DNA of 32,000 nt from Peptococcaceae bacterium BRH_c8a (GCA_000961575.1 LADP01000023.1:56351-88350), one strand, 5' to 3'. Shown: positions 24,326 to 32,000, numbered from the stretch's first letter. The notes: a model not told the origin generated them from the sequence alone. Numbers and translations: made by a program.

Positions 24326-26095
24326 TTAATTTTTATCCAGATCCCCCGGCGGGGTTACTTCCTGACCCCTAAAAAGGCTGATTGCTTCCTCGGGTTCCAA
24401 AGATGCCTGCCGTGCGCCCCAACCCGACGGCGGGGCATCGTAGTAATTGCAGCGGACAGTCCAGTCACTCCGGCTAAAGGCGCGTAATGTCCTGACCAGC
24501 AGTTCCTGGTTAGCCTCGTCTCCGGCCATCTGCATGGAAAAAATATCCCCGGATGGCACCCCCAGCACCAGGCAGTTGTCCCTGGTCTCAGCCGGCCAAA
24601 CCAAAGATAAATATGTATATGCCGCAGGGTTGACGCGTTTAATTTGCTGCATCATGTCCGGCCACCATTTCCTGATCTGTTCTATGCTGAAACGACCGGA
24701 ACTGTTTATGTTATTGGACTCTTTTTCGGGCACCTGACGCGCAACGGGTTCGGGTGCTTTTGGGGGCGGGGTTTCGGCGAGCACTTCCACCGGGGCGATT
24801 TTATGTCCCGCCGTTGCCTCAACGTCCGTTTTTTTATATGCCCTGCCTGTTTCCGGTTTTACAGATCCACTTGCGCCGGATGACCCGGTCCCTTGTGGGT
24901 AATTAGGCGGCACCCAACCAGTTCCAGTGGTTAAACTGCTGTTCTCGGTGATCCGACCGGCCAACGCTGTTTCCAGCCGTTCAATGCGGGTCAACAGCTC
25001 GGCATTGGATGGCTTTCCACCGCCATCAATGAACCGCACCAGAGCCACCTCCAGCACCACCCGCGGGTGTGTACTACGGCGCATCATCTGTTCGGCTTCC
25101 AATAGCAGATCGATGCCCCGGATTAGACTATCACGGGTAAAAAACCTGATGGGGCTTTCACTGGACATTACTTCTACGGAATCGCCGGCACCATCCGGCG
25201 CCAGCATAGCTATGAGCAACCCACGCAGGCGTTCTGCCAGCGCCCCGGCCAGTAAATGCAGATCCTGGCCGCCGGAGGCAATTTTATCCACCAGGGTTAG
25301 GGCCCCGGCGGCGTTTTGTCGGGCCAGTGCTTCCATCAGGCCGTACAGTGCCTCTTCTCTTACTGTTCCCAAAATGCCGTACACGGTATCAGCAGACACC
25401 GTCCCACTGTTACTAAGCAGCAGGGCCTGATCCAATACGCTCAGGGCGTCCCGCATGCTGCCGCCGGCAGCCCGGGTAATAGCCCGGATGGCCCCTTCTT
25501 CAATCGCAAAGTTACCCTTTTCGGCTACCTGCCCCAACCTTCGGGCAATTACATCCTCCGCAATGGGACGGAAGTCGAAACGCTGACAGCGGGACAGAAT
25601 TGTCAGGGGCACTTTATGCGGTTCCGTGGTCGCCAATACGAAAACAACGTGGCCGGGCGGTTCCTCAAGCGTTTTCAACAGCGCGTTGAATGCCTCGTTG
25701 GTGAGCATGTGCACCTCATCAACAATATATACCCGCCGGCTGGCCCGGGATGGAAAGAATTTTATGTTTTCTTTTAGTTCGCGTATTTCATCAATGCCCC
25801 GGTTTGAGGCAGCGTCTATCTCAATTACGTCCATGGTTGAACCGGCCATAATCTCCCGGCAGATCCGGCACTGGTTGCATGGTTCGCCGTCCCGCTGTTC
25901 CAGACAATTAATCGCCCGGGCCAGCACCTTGGCGGTACTTGTTTTTCCGGTGCCGCGGGGGCCGCAAAAAAGGTAAGCATGGCTTACCCGGCTCGCCGTG
26001 ACAGCGTTGCGCAGGGTGACAGTAACATGCTCCTGTCCCACTATCTCACCCATTAACTGCGGGCGCCACTGCCGGTACAGAGCCAGATAACTCAT
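24326..26095 (-). CDS. dnaX: DNA polymerase III subunit tau (gamma/tau)
   Basis: YRQWRPQ, SHAYLFCGPRGTGKTS, a CxxCxxC module, IVDEVHMLT, LSRCQRF. 589 aa, with a low-complexity linker and a tau-type C-terminal domain. Confidence 0.95.
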   Translation of the reverse strand: MSYLALYRQWRPQLMGEIVGQEHVTVTLRNAVTASRVSHAYLFCGPRGTGKTSTAKVLARAINCLEQRDGEPCNQCRICREIMAGSTMDVIEIDAASNRGIDEIRELKENIKFFPSRASRRVYIVDEVHMLTNEAFNALLKTLEEPPGHVVFVLATTEPHKVPLTILSRCQRFDFRPIAEDVIARRLGQVAEKGNFAIEEGAIRAITRAAGGSMRDALSVLDQALLLSNSGTVSADTVYGILGTVREEALYGLMEALARQNAAGALTLVDKIASGGQDLHLLAGALAERLRGLLIAMLAPDGAGDSVEVMSSESPIRFFTRDSLIRGIDLLLEAEQMMRRSTHPRVVLEVALVRFIDGGGKPSNAELLTRIERLETALAGRITENSSLTTGTGWVPPNYPQGTGSSGASGSVKPETGRAYKKTDVEATAGHKIAPVEVLAETPPPKAPEPVARQVPEKESNNINSSGRFSIEQIRKWWPDMMQQIKRVNPAAYTYLSLVWPAETRDNCLVLGVPSGDIFSMQMAGDEANQELLVRTLRAFSRSDWTVRCNYYDAPPSGWGARQASLEPEEAISLFRGQEVTPPGDLDKN

Positions 26096-26273
26096 GCGTA
26101 ATCCCCCTTAAATTCCTAATCAGACATCCATGCCACAAACAGCATCATTAACCCGGGCACCCGCGAGGGGTGCCCCTACGGATAGCAATCTTCATTAAAA
26201 TAGTCTATACATATTTTTCGCTGCCTACTTGGTTTTCCCTGCCAACATGAAGGATTTGTATGGCGTAGACAAA

Positions 26274-26295
26274 GAACCGGCCACTTAGCCGGTCC
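26274..26295 (-). terminator. Hairpin after SRP RNA (weak terminator / processing stem)
   Basis: GGACCGGC-taagtg-GCCGGTTC followed by UUUGUC. Confidence 0.35.
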
Positions 26296-26327
26296 TTTAA
26301 TAGTTCTCTATAAATATAAAATTGATG

Positions 26328-26597
26328 ACCGCACACCTGCCGTCGAATAATAACTTCCGGGCGTTACCCCTGCAGGTAGCTCAGACCAGGCGCCCTTGCG
26401 GCACCCGGAGTATCTTCCTTAGTGCTGCTTCCGTCAGGATCTGACACGGTTCAAAAGGCTCCGTCGCGCAAGACCCGGCCTTCAACACTCCTTACAGGGG
26501 GCAGACCCCACAAGCCAAACCCTCGGGCAGGAATTCAACCCCGCTATAGCGGATTGCGGGTTCAGGGCACCGCTACCTCCCCGTCTAGTACGGCCAA
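26328..26597 (-). ncRNA. ffs: Signal recognition particle RNA (long Bacillus-type scRNA/ffs)
   Basis: The minus strand reads ...CTAGACGGGGAGGTAGCGGTGCCCTGAACCCGCAATCCGCTATAGCGGGG... and ...GTCAGATCCTGACGGAAGCAGCACTAAGG...GCCGCAAGGGCGCCTGG.... These match the Alu-domain and domain-IV (GGAAGCAGC) blocks of B. subtilis scRNA. It lies directly upstream of dnaX, as in B. subtilis. The ends are approximate. Confidence 0.85.
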
Positions 26598-26632
26598 AAT
26601 TATAATTTACTAAATAAAGAATAAAGTATTAA

Positions 26633-26726
26633 TGGCGGAGAGAGAGGGATTCGAACCCTCGAAACGGTTTCAAGCCGTTTACGCGATTTCCAGTCGCGCG
26701 CCTTCGACCAGCTCAGCCATCTCTCC
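26633..26726 (-). tRNA. tRNA-Ser (anticodon GGA), CCA encoded
   Basis: Minus strand: GGAGAGA acceptor pairs with TCTCTCC. The anticodon stem is CGCGA/TCGCG with loop CTGGAAA. The long variable arm is AACGG...CCGTT. The T-arm is GAGGG-TTCGAAT-CCCTC. It ends GCCA. Confidence 0.93.
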
Positions 26727-26742
26727 TTGGTCTACAAAATTA

Positions 26743-26839
26743 AATATATTTACTTGTATACTATCATGCAACCCTGGCAGAACAACATCCCGCTCAACCG
26801 GGCAAACATTATTATACAGGGATTTCGCTCGAACTGCAA
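26743..26839 (-). promoter_or_regulatory. Tandem SigA promoters upstream of tRNA-Ser / SRP RNA
   Basis: P1: TTGCAG (26839-26834), 17 nt spacer ending in TG, then TATAAT (26816-26811). P2: TTGCAT (26771-26766), 17 nt spacer, TATATT (26748-26743). Confidence 0.55.
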
Positions 26840-26929
26840 GTCTTTTTGCCTGATTAGCCAGCCTTAAACCGGCTTCCTGGCTTAAAATTAATGGCAGCCC
26901 TACCACATCCGGGTGAATGTATGTCTAGA

Positions 26930-28972
26930 CTAGTTTGCGAACGATTCCTTTATATATCCACCCTCTTCTGTCTCCGCTGTCGCTTGCCCGTCCGTAATCA
27001 CCGGCTCTTCCTTTTCCGCAGGGGGTGGCTTCGGCTTTGGCGGAGGCGCGGGGTAAGCCGGCCGGCCCATAAACAGGTCGGATTCCCGTGCAGGCAGTTC
27101 TTTTAATGCGCCGGATACAAACTCCCTGAATAAACGTGTCGGATAACTGCCCCCGGAAAAACCAAGGGCATAACCGGCATCGGGACGATCATAACCCATC
27201 CAGACCGCCGCGGCCACCTCAGGCGTATACCCGGCAAACCAAGCGTCCCGGTTGCCGGTACCCTTAATTTGCTCAGTGGTACCAGTCTTGCCAGCTACGG
27301 GTACCGACAAACCGGCCCCTTTTCCGGTGCCATACATAACAACTGCCCGTAAAAGCCTAGTCATATCTCGACAAGTCTTTTTTCCAAAAACCGGTTGGCG
27401 AAATTGTTCCTCTACCAACGGCTTGTTCTGCCGGTCATAAATCTGGATAATGGTTCGGGGCTCGACCCGGTAACCACCGTTAGCCAGCGCGGCATACCCA
27501 CTAGCCAACTCCAAGGGGGAAACCCCCGTGGTCACCCCCCCCAGCGCCAGCGCCAGGTTACAGTCATTTTCGTGCAGGGACAGGCCCAGTTTTTTTAATG
27601 TCTCAATACCCCGGGCCACACCAATTTCGTTCAACAGCCAAACCGCCGGCACGTTGATTGACCAGGCGACGGCCTGATTCATGGTTACTTCTCCTCGAAA
27701 ACTGCGGTCATAGTTCCGGGGCGCGTAATCGTCTATTATTAATGGCTCGTCGGGAAGAAGAGCTGCGGTGCTCCAACCCGCTTCCAGTGCCGGGGCATAC
27801 ACCACCAGTGGTTTTAATGCCGATCCCGGAGCGCGCTTCATCATGGTGGCCCGGTTAAACCCCCGCCTTGAACTATACTCCCGGCCGCCAACCAAGGCCA
27901 GCACATAGCTTGTTTGCGGGTCAACAGCCGCCAGTGCCGCCTCGACGCGCTGGTCTCCGGCACCTACGGGAAACAGGGATGCATCTGCGAACACCCGCTC
28001 GGCCACGGCCTGGATCTCCGGATGCAGGGTGGTATAAATACGTAAACCACCGTTATAGACTTCTTCCGTCTGGATACCGTGCACCCGGATGGCCTCTTCA
28101 ATAACCTGATCTAAAAAAAAGGGGTGCGGGTAATCTTCCGCCGGCCTGCCGTCTGTACGCGTACCCAGTGCCCGGTGCTGCAACTCGGCATACGTGTCAT
28201 CATCCAGCCAGCCGTGCCGTACCATTCTTTGCAGCACTATGTTGCGCCTCTGTAAGGCCTGCTGTGGGTTACGAAAAGGGCTGTATATACCGGGATTACA
28301 TACCAACCCGGCCAGAGTGGCGGATTCATTAACTCCCAACTCAGCGCTGCCTTTATTGAAATAGCTTCGGGCCGCCGCCTCAATACCGTAATTCCCGTCA
28401 CCAAAGTAAATGGCATTTAGATAATGCTCCAATATGGCGTCTTTCCCCAGCTGCCTTTCCAAGTGGAAAGCCAAGTGGATTTCCTTAAACTTACGTACCC
28501 AGGTTTGCTCCGAAGTAAGAAAAATATTACGTACCAGCTGCTGGGTAATTGTAGACGCACCTTCCTCTATATTCCCGGCCCGCAGGTTCGATAATGCTGC
28601 CCGCGCCATGGAACGCATATCAAACCCCGGATGGCTGTAGAAGCGGGCGTCTTCAGCGGCCAGGATAGCATGCACCAGGTGCGGGGGCAATGCTTCTAAC
28701 TTAACTGGTATCCGGTGCTGGGGACCGTGCAGCTCGGCCACCGTCCGCCCACGGTAATCATAGACAACGGTTGTGGCCGGCAGTTGGAACATGGCACCGT
28801 TAAATGCCGGCCTGGGGTAATAGATTTCCGTGTGGAAAAAAATGTTGACAAACACTATGGTTGCCAAAATCATACCAACAAAAAGACAAGCAAAAACAAT
28901 CAGGATGCGTCTTTTGTGTTTGCTCCCGGTCGGAGGGGTGGAATCCCGGGCAGCGTCAGTCTTTTTATCCAT
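26930..28972 (-). CDS. Class A penicillin-binding protein (PBP1A family: glycosyltransferase 51 + transpeptidase)
   Basis: N-terminal TM. AAEDARFY..HPG.D, ASTITQQL, KFKE (GT51 motifs). SALKP (SxxK), and the KTGTT motif. Pro/Lys-rich C-terminal tail. Confidence 0.92.
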   Translation of the reverse strand: MDKKTDAARDSTPPTGSKHKRRILIVFACLFVGMILATIVFVNIFFHTEIYYPRPAFNGAMFQLPATTVVYDYRGRTVAELHGPQHRIPVKLEALPPHLVHAILAAEDARFYSHPGFDMRSMARAALSNLRAGNIEEGASTITQQLVRNIFLTSEQTWVRKFKEIHLAFHLERQLGKDAILEHYLNAIYFGDGNYGIEAAARSYFNKGSAELGVNESATLAGLVCNPGIYSPFRNPQQALQRRNIVLQRMVRHGWLDDDTYAELQHRALGTRTDGRPAEDYPHPFFLDQVIEEAIRVHGIQTEEVYNGGLRIYTTLHPEIQAVAERVFADASLFPVGAGDQRVEAALAAVDPQTSYVLALVGGREYSSRRGFNRATMMKRAPGSALKPLVVYAPALEAGWSTAALLPDEPLIIDDYAPRNYDRSFRGEVTMNQAVAWSINVPAVWLLNEIGVARGIETLKKLGLSLHENDCNLALALGGVTTGVSPLELASGYAALANGGYRVEPRTIIQIYDRQNKPLVEEQFRQPVFGKKTCRDMTRLLRAVVMYGTGKGAGLSVPVAGKTGTTEQIKGTGNRDAWFAGYTPEVAAAVWMGYDRPDAGYALGFSGGSYPTRLFREFVSGALKELPARESDLFMGRPAYPAPPPKPKPPPAEKEEPVITDGQATAETEEGGYIKESFAN

Positions 28973-29082
28973 GGGCCACTCCCCTGAGTTATTATTAACC
29001 TACTTTAATTTATATGCTTCTAACACTGCGGTCTTGCAGTTCATTTTGGCGCCCGCAATCCATGGCAGGATGCAAATTGCCA

Positions 29083-29118
29083 AAACAAAAAAGGGCTTGC
29101 CCGGCGGCAAAGCCCTTA
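29083..29118 (-). terminator. Rho-independent terminator after the acyl-CoA synthetase gene
   Basis: AAGGGCTTTGCC-gccg-GGCAAGCCCTT followed by UUUUUGUUUU on the minus strand. Confidence 0.8.
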
Positions 29119-29156
29119 CCCCTGAAAAAACCCTTATAGACAAGCTAAATTTGCAG

Positions 29157-31112
29157 TTAACGGTAAAGGTTTGCAATCACTTCCTTATACTTGGCCATAA
29201 TCACGTGCTTTTTGGTTTTCATGGTTGGTGTAATTTCCCCGTCCTCTTCGGTAAAACGGCCTGTCAGAATCGCGTATTGCCTGATGCGTTCAAATTTTTC
29301 CAGCGTTTTATTAACATCGGAAACTTTTCTTTCAACCATTTCCCGCAACAGCGGGGCAGAAACAAAATCATCACTCACCTCCACGCAGACGGGTGCTCCG
29401 CTGGCATGGGAAAAACGCAATTTTTCTTGATCATACTTAACATTTTCTTTATCAAATAACTGAATAAAATAATCAAAGTTAGGTACAATTAACGCGCTGA
29501 TGTATTTCCTGTCGTCACCGATGATAAAGACCTGCTCGATAACCCGACTGGTGGCAAAACAGTTCTCTAGCTTGGCCGGGGCTATATTTTTGCCGGTATC
29601 CAGAACAATAATGGCCTTCTTACGGTCTACAATCCTGACGTAACCTTTTTCGTCCATCTGGGCTATATCCCCGGTTCTAAACCACCCGTCCGGGGTAAAG
29701 GCAGCAGCGGTTTCCGCTGGTTTGTTCAGGTAGCCTTTGAATATTCCTTCTCCGCTGACCAGGTATTCACCATCCGTATCCAACTTGCCAATGGAACCCA
29801 CGGAGGCAGGGCCGACCCAACCCGGCTTTAAACCGTTCAGGGCTCCCAAATTACAGGCATTACATGTTTCCGTCAGACCGTACCCCTCAACAACCCTGAC
29901 CCCCATGGCGTAAAACACGGTCAGTAATTCTGGCGAAATGGCTGCGCCCGCGGAAAAAGCCAGTTTAAACCGGCTGCCAAAGGCAGCCCTGACCCGGGCA
30001 AAAACCCTGTCGGCAATCGTATATTTAATCCGTAGTACCGGCGGAAGCTTATTTTTAAGATTAAAATCAAGCCCCATGTTAATGCAGTCGCGATCATCGA
30101 CCCGGTAATGAAGTCCCTTTTGACCGGTGTTAAGGGCAAAACCGAAAACCATTTTTTTAATTGCACTTTCGGACATCTGGTTCTTAAGAGCAGTATAGAT
30201 GCGCTCAAAGAGGCGGGGAACACAACAAAACCAGGTGGGATTGTATTTCTGAAGATCCTGCAAAATAGTGGCGGGCTTGTCGGCGTATGCAATGGTGGCA
30301 CCAACATACACCGCCAGCATCTGACCGGAGCCCCTTTCAAAAATATGGCACAGGGGCAAGAAAGACAGGCAAACATCAGCCTCTGAGATATCGATACCCG
30401 TAGCCATAAAGAATTTCCGCACAAAATGTAACCGGGCAGAAAAGTTGCGATGCGTTAAAATAACCCCTTTTCCGGTACCCGTAGTTCCAGATGTGTAGAT
30501 GATGGTAACCCAGTCTTCCATGGTCACCGATTGCCAGCGTGAGCGATATTCCTCAAGGTGCCGACTTTTGTTACTACGGCCGATTTCCATAAGTTGACCC
30601 AGGCCAATGACCCGCTCATTTTCACTCACGTAATTTAAATCCAATACAATTATTTTCTCCAACCCGGGCATTTTCTCCAGGCCGGACAGAATTTTTTCCA
30701 ATATTTCTTGATTGCCGACAAACAGATACCGGCTGGTTGAATCGTTAATTATGTATGAAGCTTCATTCAGCGACAGGGTGGGATAAATAGTTACCGTAAC
30801 CCCGCCGCTGTTTATAATTGCAAAATCGGTCTGGGTCCAGTACGGGCTGTTGTGGGACATGATTGCCGCCCGTTGTTGGTGCTCAAAACCCAACGCCAAC
30901 AGTCCGCACGCAATTGCCTCCACCCGCTCGCCCAATTGCCGGTAAGTAAATACTCCATTACTATCATTGTTATGTAGCGTGGGATTAAAAAGCTGGGCCT
31001 GCTTATCAGCATACTTCGCACAAGTGTTAATAAAAATCTGGCTAATAGTGGGCAATTGCATAATATCTGTCAATCCATAACCCCCTGCCTTATTTCTATA
31101 TCTAATGTTCAT
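29157..31112 (-). CDS. Long-chain fatty acid--CoA ligase (AMP-forming, FAA1/FadD15-like)
   Basis: IIYTSGTTGTGKGV (AMP-binding P-loop), EGYGLTE, TGD....DE.GY..I.DRKK. 651 aa. ATG 31112 has no RBS. TTG 31073 (RBS AGGGGG 7 nt upstream) is an alternative start. Confidence 0.9.
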   Translation of the reverse strand: MNIRYRNKAGGYGLTDIMQLPTISQIFINTCAKYADKQAQLFNPTLHNNDSNGVFTYRQLGERVEAIACGLLALGFEHQQRAAIMSHNSPYWTQTDFAIINSGGVTVTIYPTLSLNEASYIINDSTSRYLFVGNQEILEKILSGLEKMPGLEKIIVLDLNYVSENERVIGLGQLMEIGRSNKSRHLEEYRSRWQSVTMEDWVTIIYTSGTTGTGKGVILTHRNFSARLHFVRKFFMATGIDISEADVCLSFLPLCHIFERGSGQMLAVYVGATIAYADKPATILQDLQKYNPTWFCCVPRLFERIYTALKNQMSESAIKKMVFGFALNTGQKGLHYRVDDRDCINMGLDFNLKNKLPPVLRIKYTIADRVFARVRAAFGSRFKLAFSAGAAISPELLTVFYAMGVRVVEGYGLTETCNACNLGALNGLKPGWVGPASVGSIGKLDTDGEYLVSGEGIFKGYLNKPAETAAAFTPDGWFRTGDIAQMDEKGYVRIVDRKKAIIVLDTGKNIAPAKLENCFATSRVIEQVFIIGDDRKYISALIVPNFDYFIQLFDKENVKYDQEKLRFSHASGAPVCVEVSDDFVSAPLLREMVERKVSDVNKTLEKFERIRQYAILTGRFTEEDGEITPTMKTKKHVIMAKYKEVIANLYR

Positions 31113-31184
31113 TTAATTAACCAATTAAGAACCATGCAATATTTTAGCACAAATATTTAAAAAATACTTACAATTTGTCACAAT

Positions 31185-31236
31185 ATAAACAAGAGGGGTT
31201 TTACCACTCCGCTGCGGTAAAACCCCTCTTGTTTAT
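31185..31236 (-). terminator. Strong terminator after the FTR-like gene
   Basis: Perfect 21-bp stem ATAAACAAGAGGGGTTTTACC / GGTAAAACCCCTCTTGTTTAT with a U-rich tail. Confidence 0.8.
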
Positions 31237-31249
31237 AACCAGCTAAAAT

Positions 31250-31669
31250 TTACTTGTTATCAGGAGCAACCTGCTCCTTAAGGTAAAAAAGTCCTCAGAG
31301 ACAACTGCCGTTTTTGCGCACGTCCCCCATACGCGTTTCCTGGCAGGGACAGATGTTCTCCGGCACATTATCGAACCTGCACGGGCAGTAAAAGTCGCCG
31401 TACCGTTCTTTTTTTTGCTTCATGCCATCAATAACCTCATCCTTGTTTTCCCCAAACACATACCCTTTTAACCGGGCGAAAGTATCCACCCGGTCGTTAA
31501 TTTCTTCGTCCGGGGTCTGGGGTTTTTTGCGGGATTTAATTTCGGGTTCGATTGCCTCTATCTCCAACCTGGCCCCGCAAACCGGGCAGATTAACTCTTT
31601 ACCCTTTTCGAGAGGCTCCCGAACCGCAAAACTGACCCGGCAAACCGGGCAATACACTTTATTGTTCAT
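31250..31669 (-). CDS. Zn-ribbon + ferredoxin:thioredoxin reductase catalytic-subunit-like protein; in-frame TGA (31297-31295) proposed to encode selenocysteine
   Basis: ATG 31669 (RBS GGAGG). The N-terminal CPVC...CPVCGARLEI is a LysW-like zinc ribbon. Then ERYGDFYCPCR....ICPC......GSCL-TGA-GLFYLKEQVAPDNK-TAA. The ORF-track version ends at the TGA (31295). The extension to 31250 is my reading (see findings). Confidence 0.6.
31262..31278 (-). promoter_or_regulatory. Candidate bacterial SECIS hairpin
   Basis: AGGAGCA-GGU-UGCUCCU starts 16 nt after the UGA. The GG-containing apical loop is about 23 nt from the UGA. Confidence 0.4.
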
Positions 31670-31907
31670 TCTTAACGGCCTCCAAAATATCATCGGGCTT
31701 AAAGCCATGCACCACCACATCATTAATTACAGTCACCGGGAACGACCTTTTACCGGTGAGTTTTTCTACTTCCGCCAGAACTTGATTTTGTTCTTCGCCA
31801 GCAAGCATATCAACGTCGACGGCCTGATAATTGACCCCTTTTTCATCCAATAACTGTTTTACTTTCTTGCACCACGGACAGGTGGTTAGGGCATATACTT
31901 TGATCAT
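31659..31907 (-). CDS. Glutaredoxin-like / NrdH-like thioredoxin-fold protein (CPWC active site)
   Basis: MIKVYALTTCPWCKKVKQLLDEKGVNYQAVDVD....SFPVTVI...V.GF. ATG 31907 follows RBS GAGGTG. The stop overlaps the FTR-like start by 11 nt. Confidence 0.8.
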   Translation of the reverse strand: MIKVYALTTCPWCKKVKQLLDEKGVNYQAVDVDMLAGEEQNQVLAEVEKLTGKRSFPVTVINDVVVHGFKPDDILEAVKNEQ

Positions 31908-31937
31908 TACTAACACCTCAATTGCTTTTTTGTTGTT

Positions 31938-31946
31938 ATTATACCA
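31938..31946 (-). promoter_or_regulatory. Extended -10 promoter element for the Grx-like/FTR-like pair
   Basis: The minus strand reads TGGTATAAT (TGn + TATAAT). There is no good -35. Confidence 0.35.
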
Positions 31947-32000
31947 GTCCCGTCAACATACCCGTTAATGCAACAAAAGCTCCCCAAACTCGTACCAGCC

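Overview
This window is a conserved housekeeping and sporulation block from an endospore-forming Firmicute, about 50% GC and transcribed almost entirely from the minus strand. The sulfate-reducer/Peptococcaceae-like flavour is inference only. Read on the minus strand, gene order mirrors the B. subtilis origin-proximal segment: tRNA-Ser, SRP RNA, dnaX, ybaB, recR, bofA ... csfB(gin), yaaO-type decarboxylase, tmk, holB, yaaT, yabA, rsmI, abrB (opposite strand), metG (with a Met T-box), tatD, yabE, ksgA, yabG. Relative to that order there are lineage-specific inserts. These are a four-subunit 2-oxoacid:ferredoxin oxidoreductase operon preceded by a P-loop NTPase, prkA plus cobO, and a YkuK-like gene plus a GT-A-like gene. 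Upstream of the block lie a PBP1A gene, an acyl-CoA synthetase gene and a glutaredoxin-like/FTR-like redox pair. I see no defence island, CRISPR array, prophage or autonomous transposase. Four observations deserve a second look. (1) The ferredoxin:thioredoxin-reductase-like gene 'stops' at a TGA that aligns with the second Cys of the CHC motif. The frame continues with the conserved GLF, and a SECIS-like hairpin follows, so this is a candidate selenoprotein. (2) A ~40-bp GGGGACA...TGTCCCC hairpin repeat occurs at six loci, always in the same orientation. It has no stop codon in any of the six frames, and it sits in-frame inside two conserved genes, ksgA and the decarboxylase. (3) Three structured MITE-like repeat families (B, C, D) share YTGAAAA-type termini. 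One copy is nested or expanded, and one sits inside the metG T-box leader. (4) dnaX has an A7 run in the linker after domain III, with a -1-frame stop three codons later, which would give a gamma-like product. Everything rests on my own reading and translation; no database search was possible.
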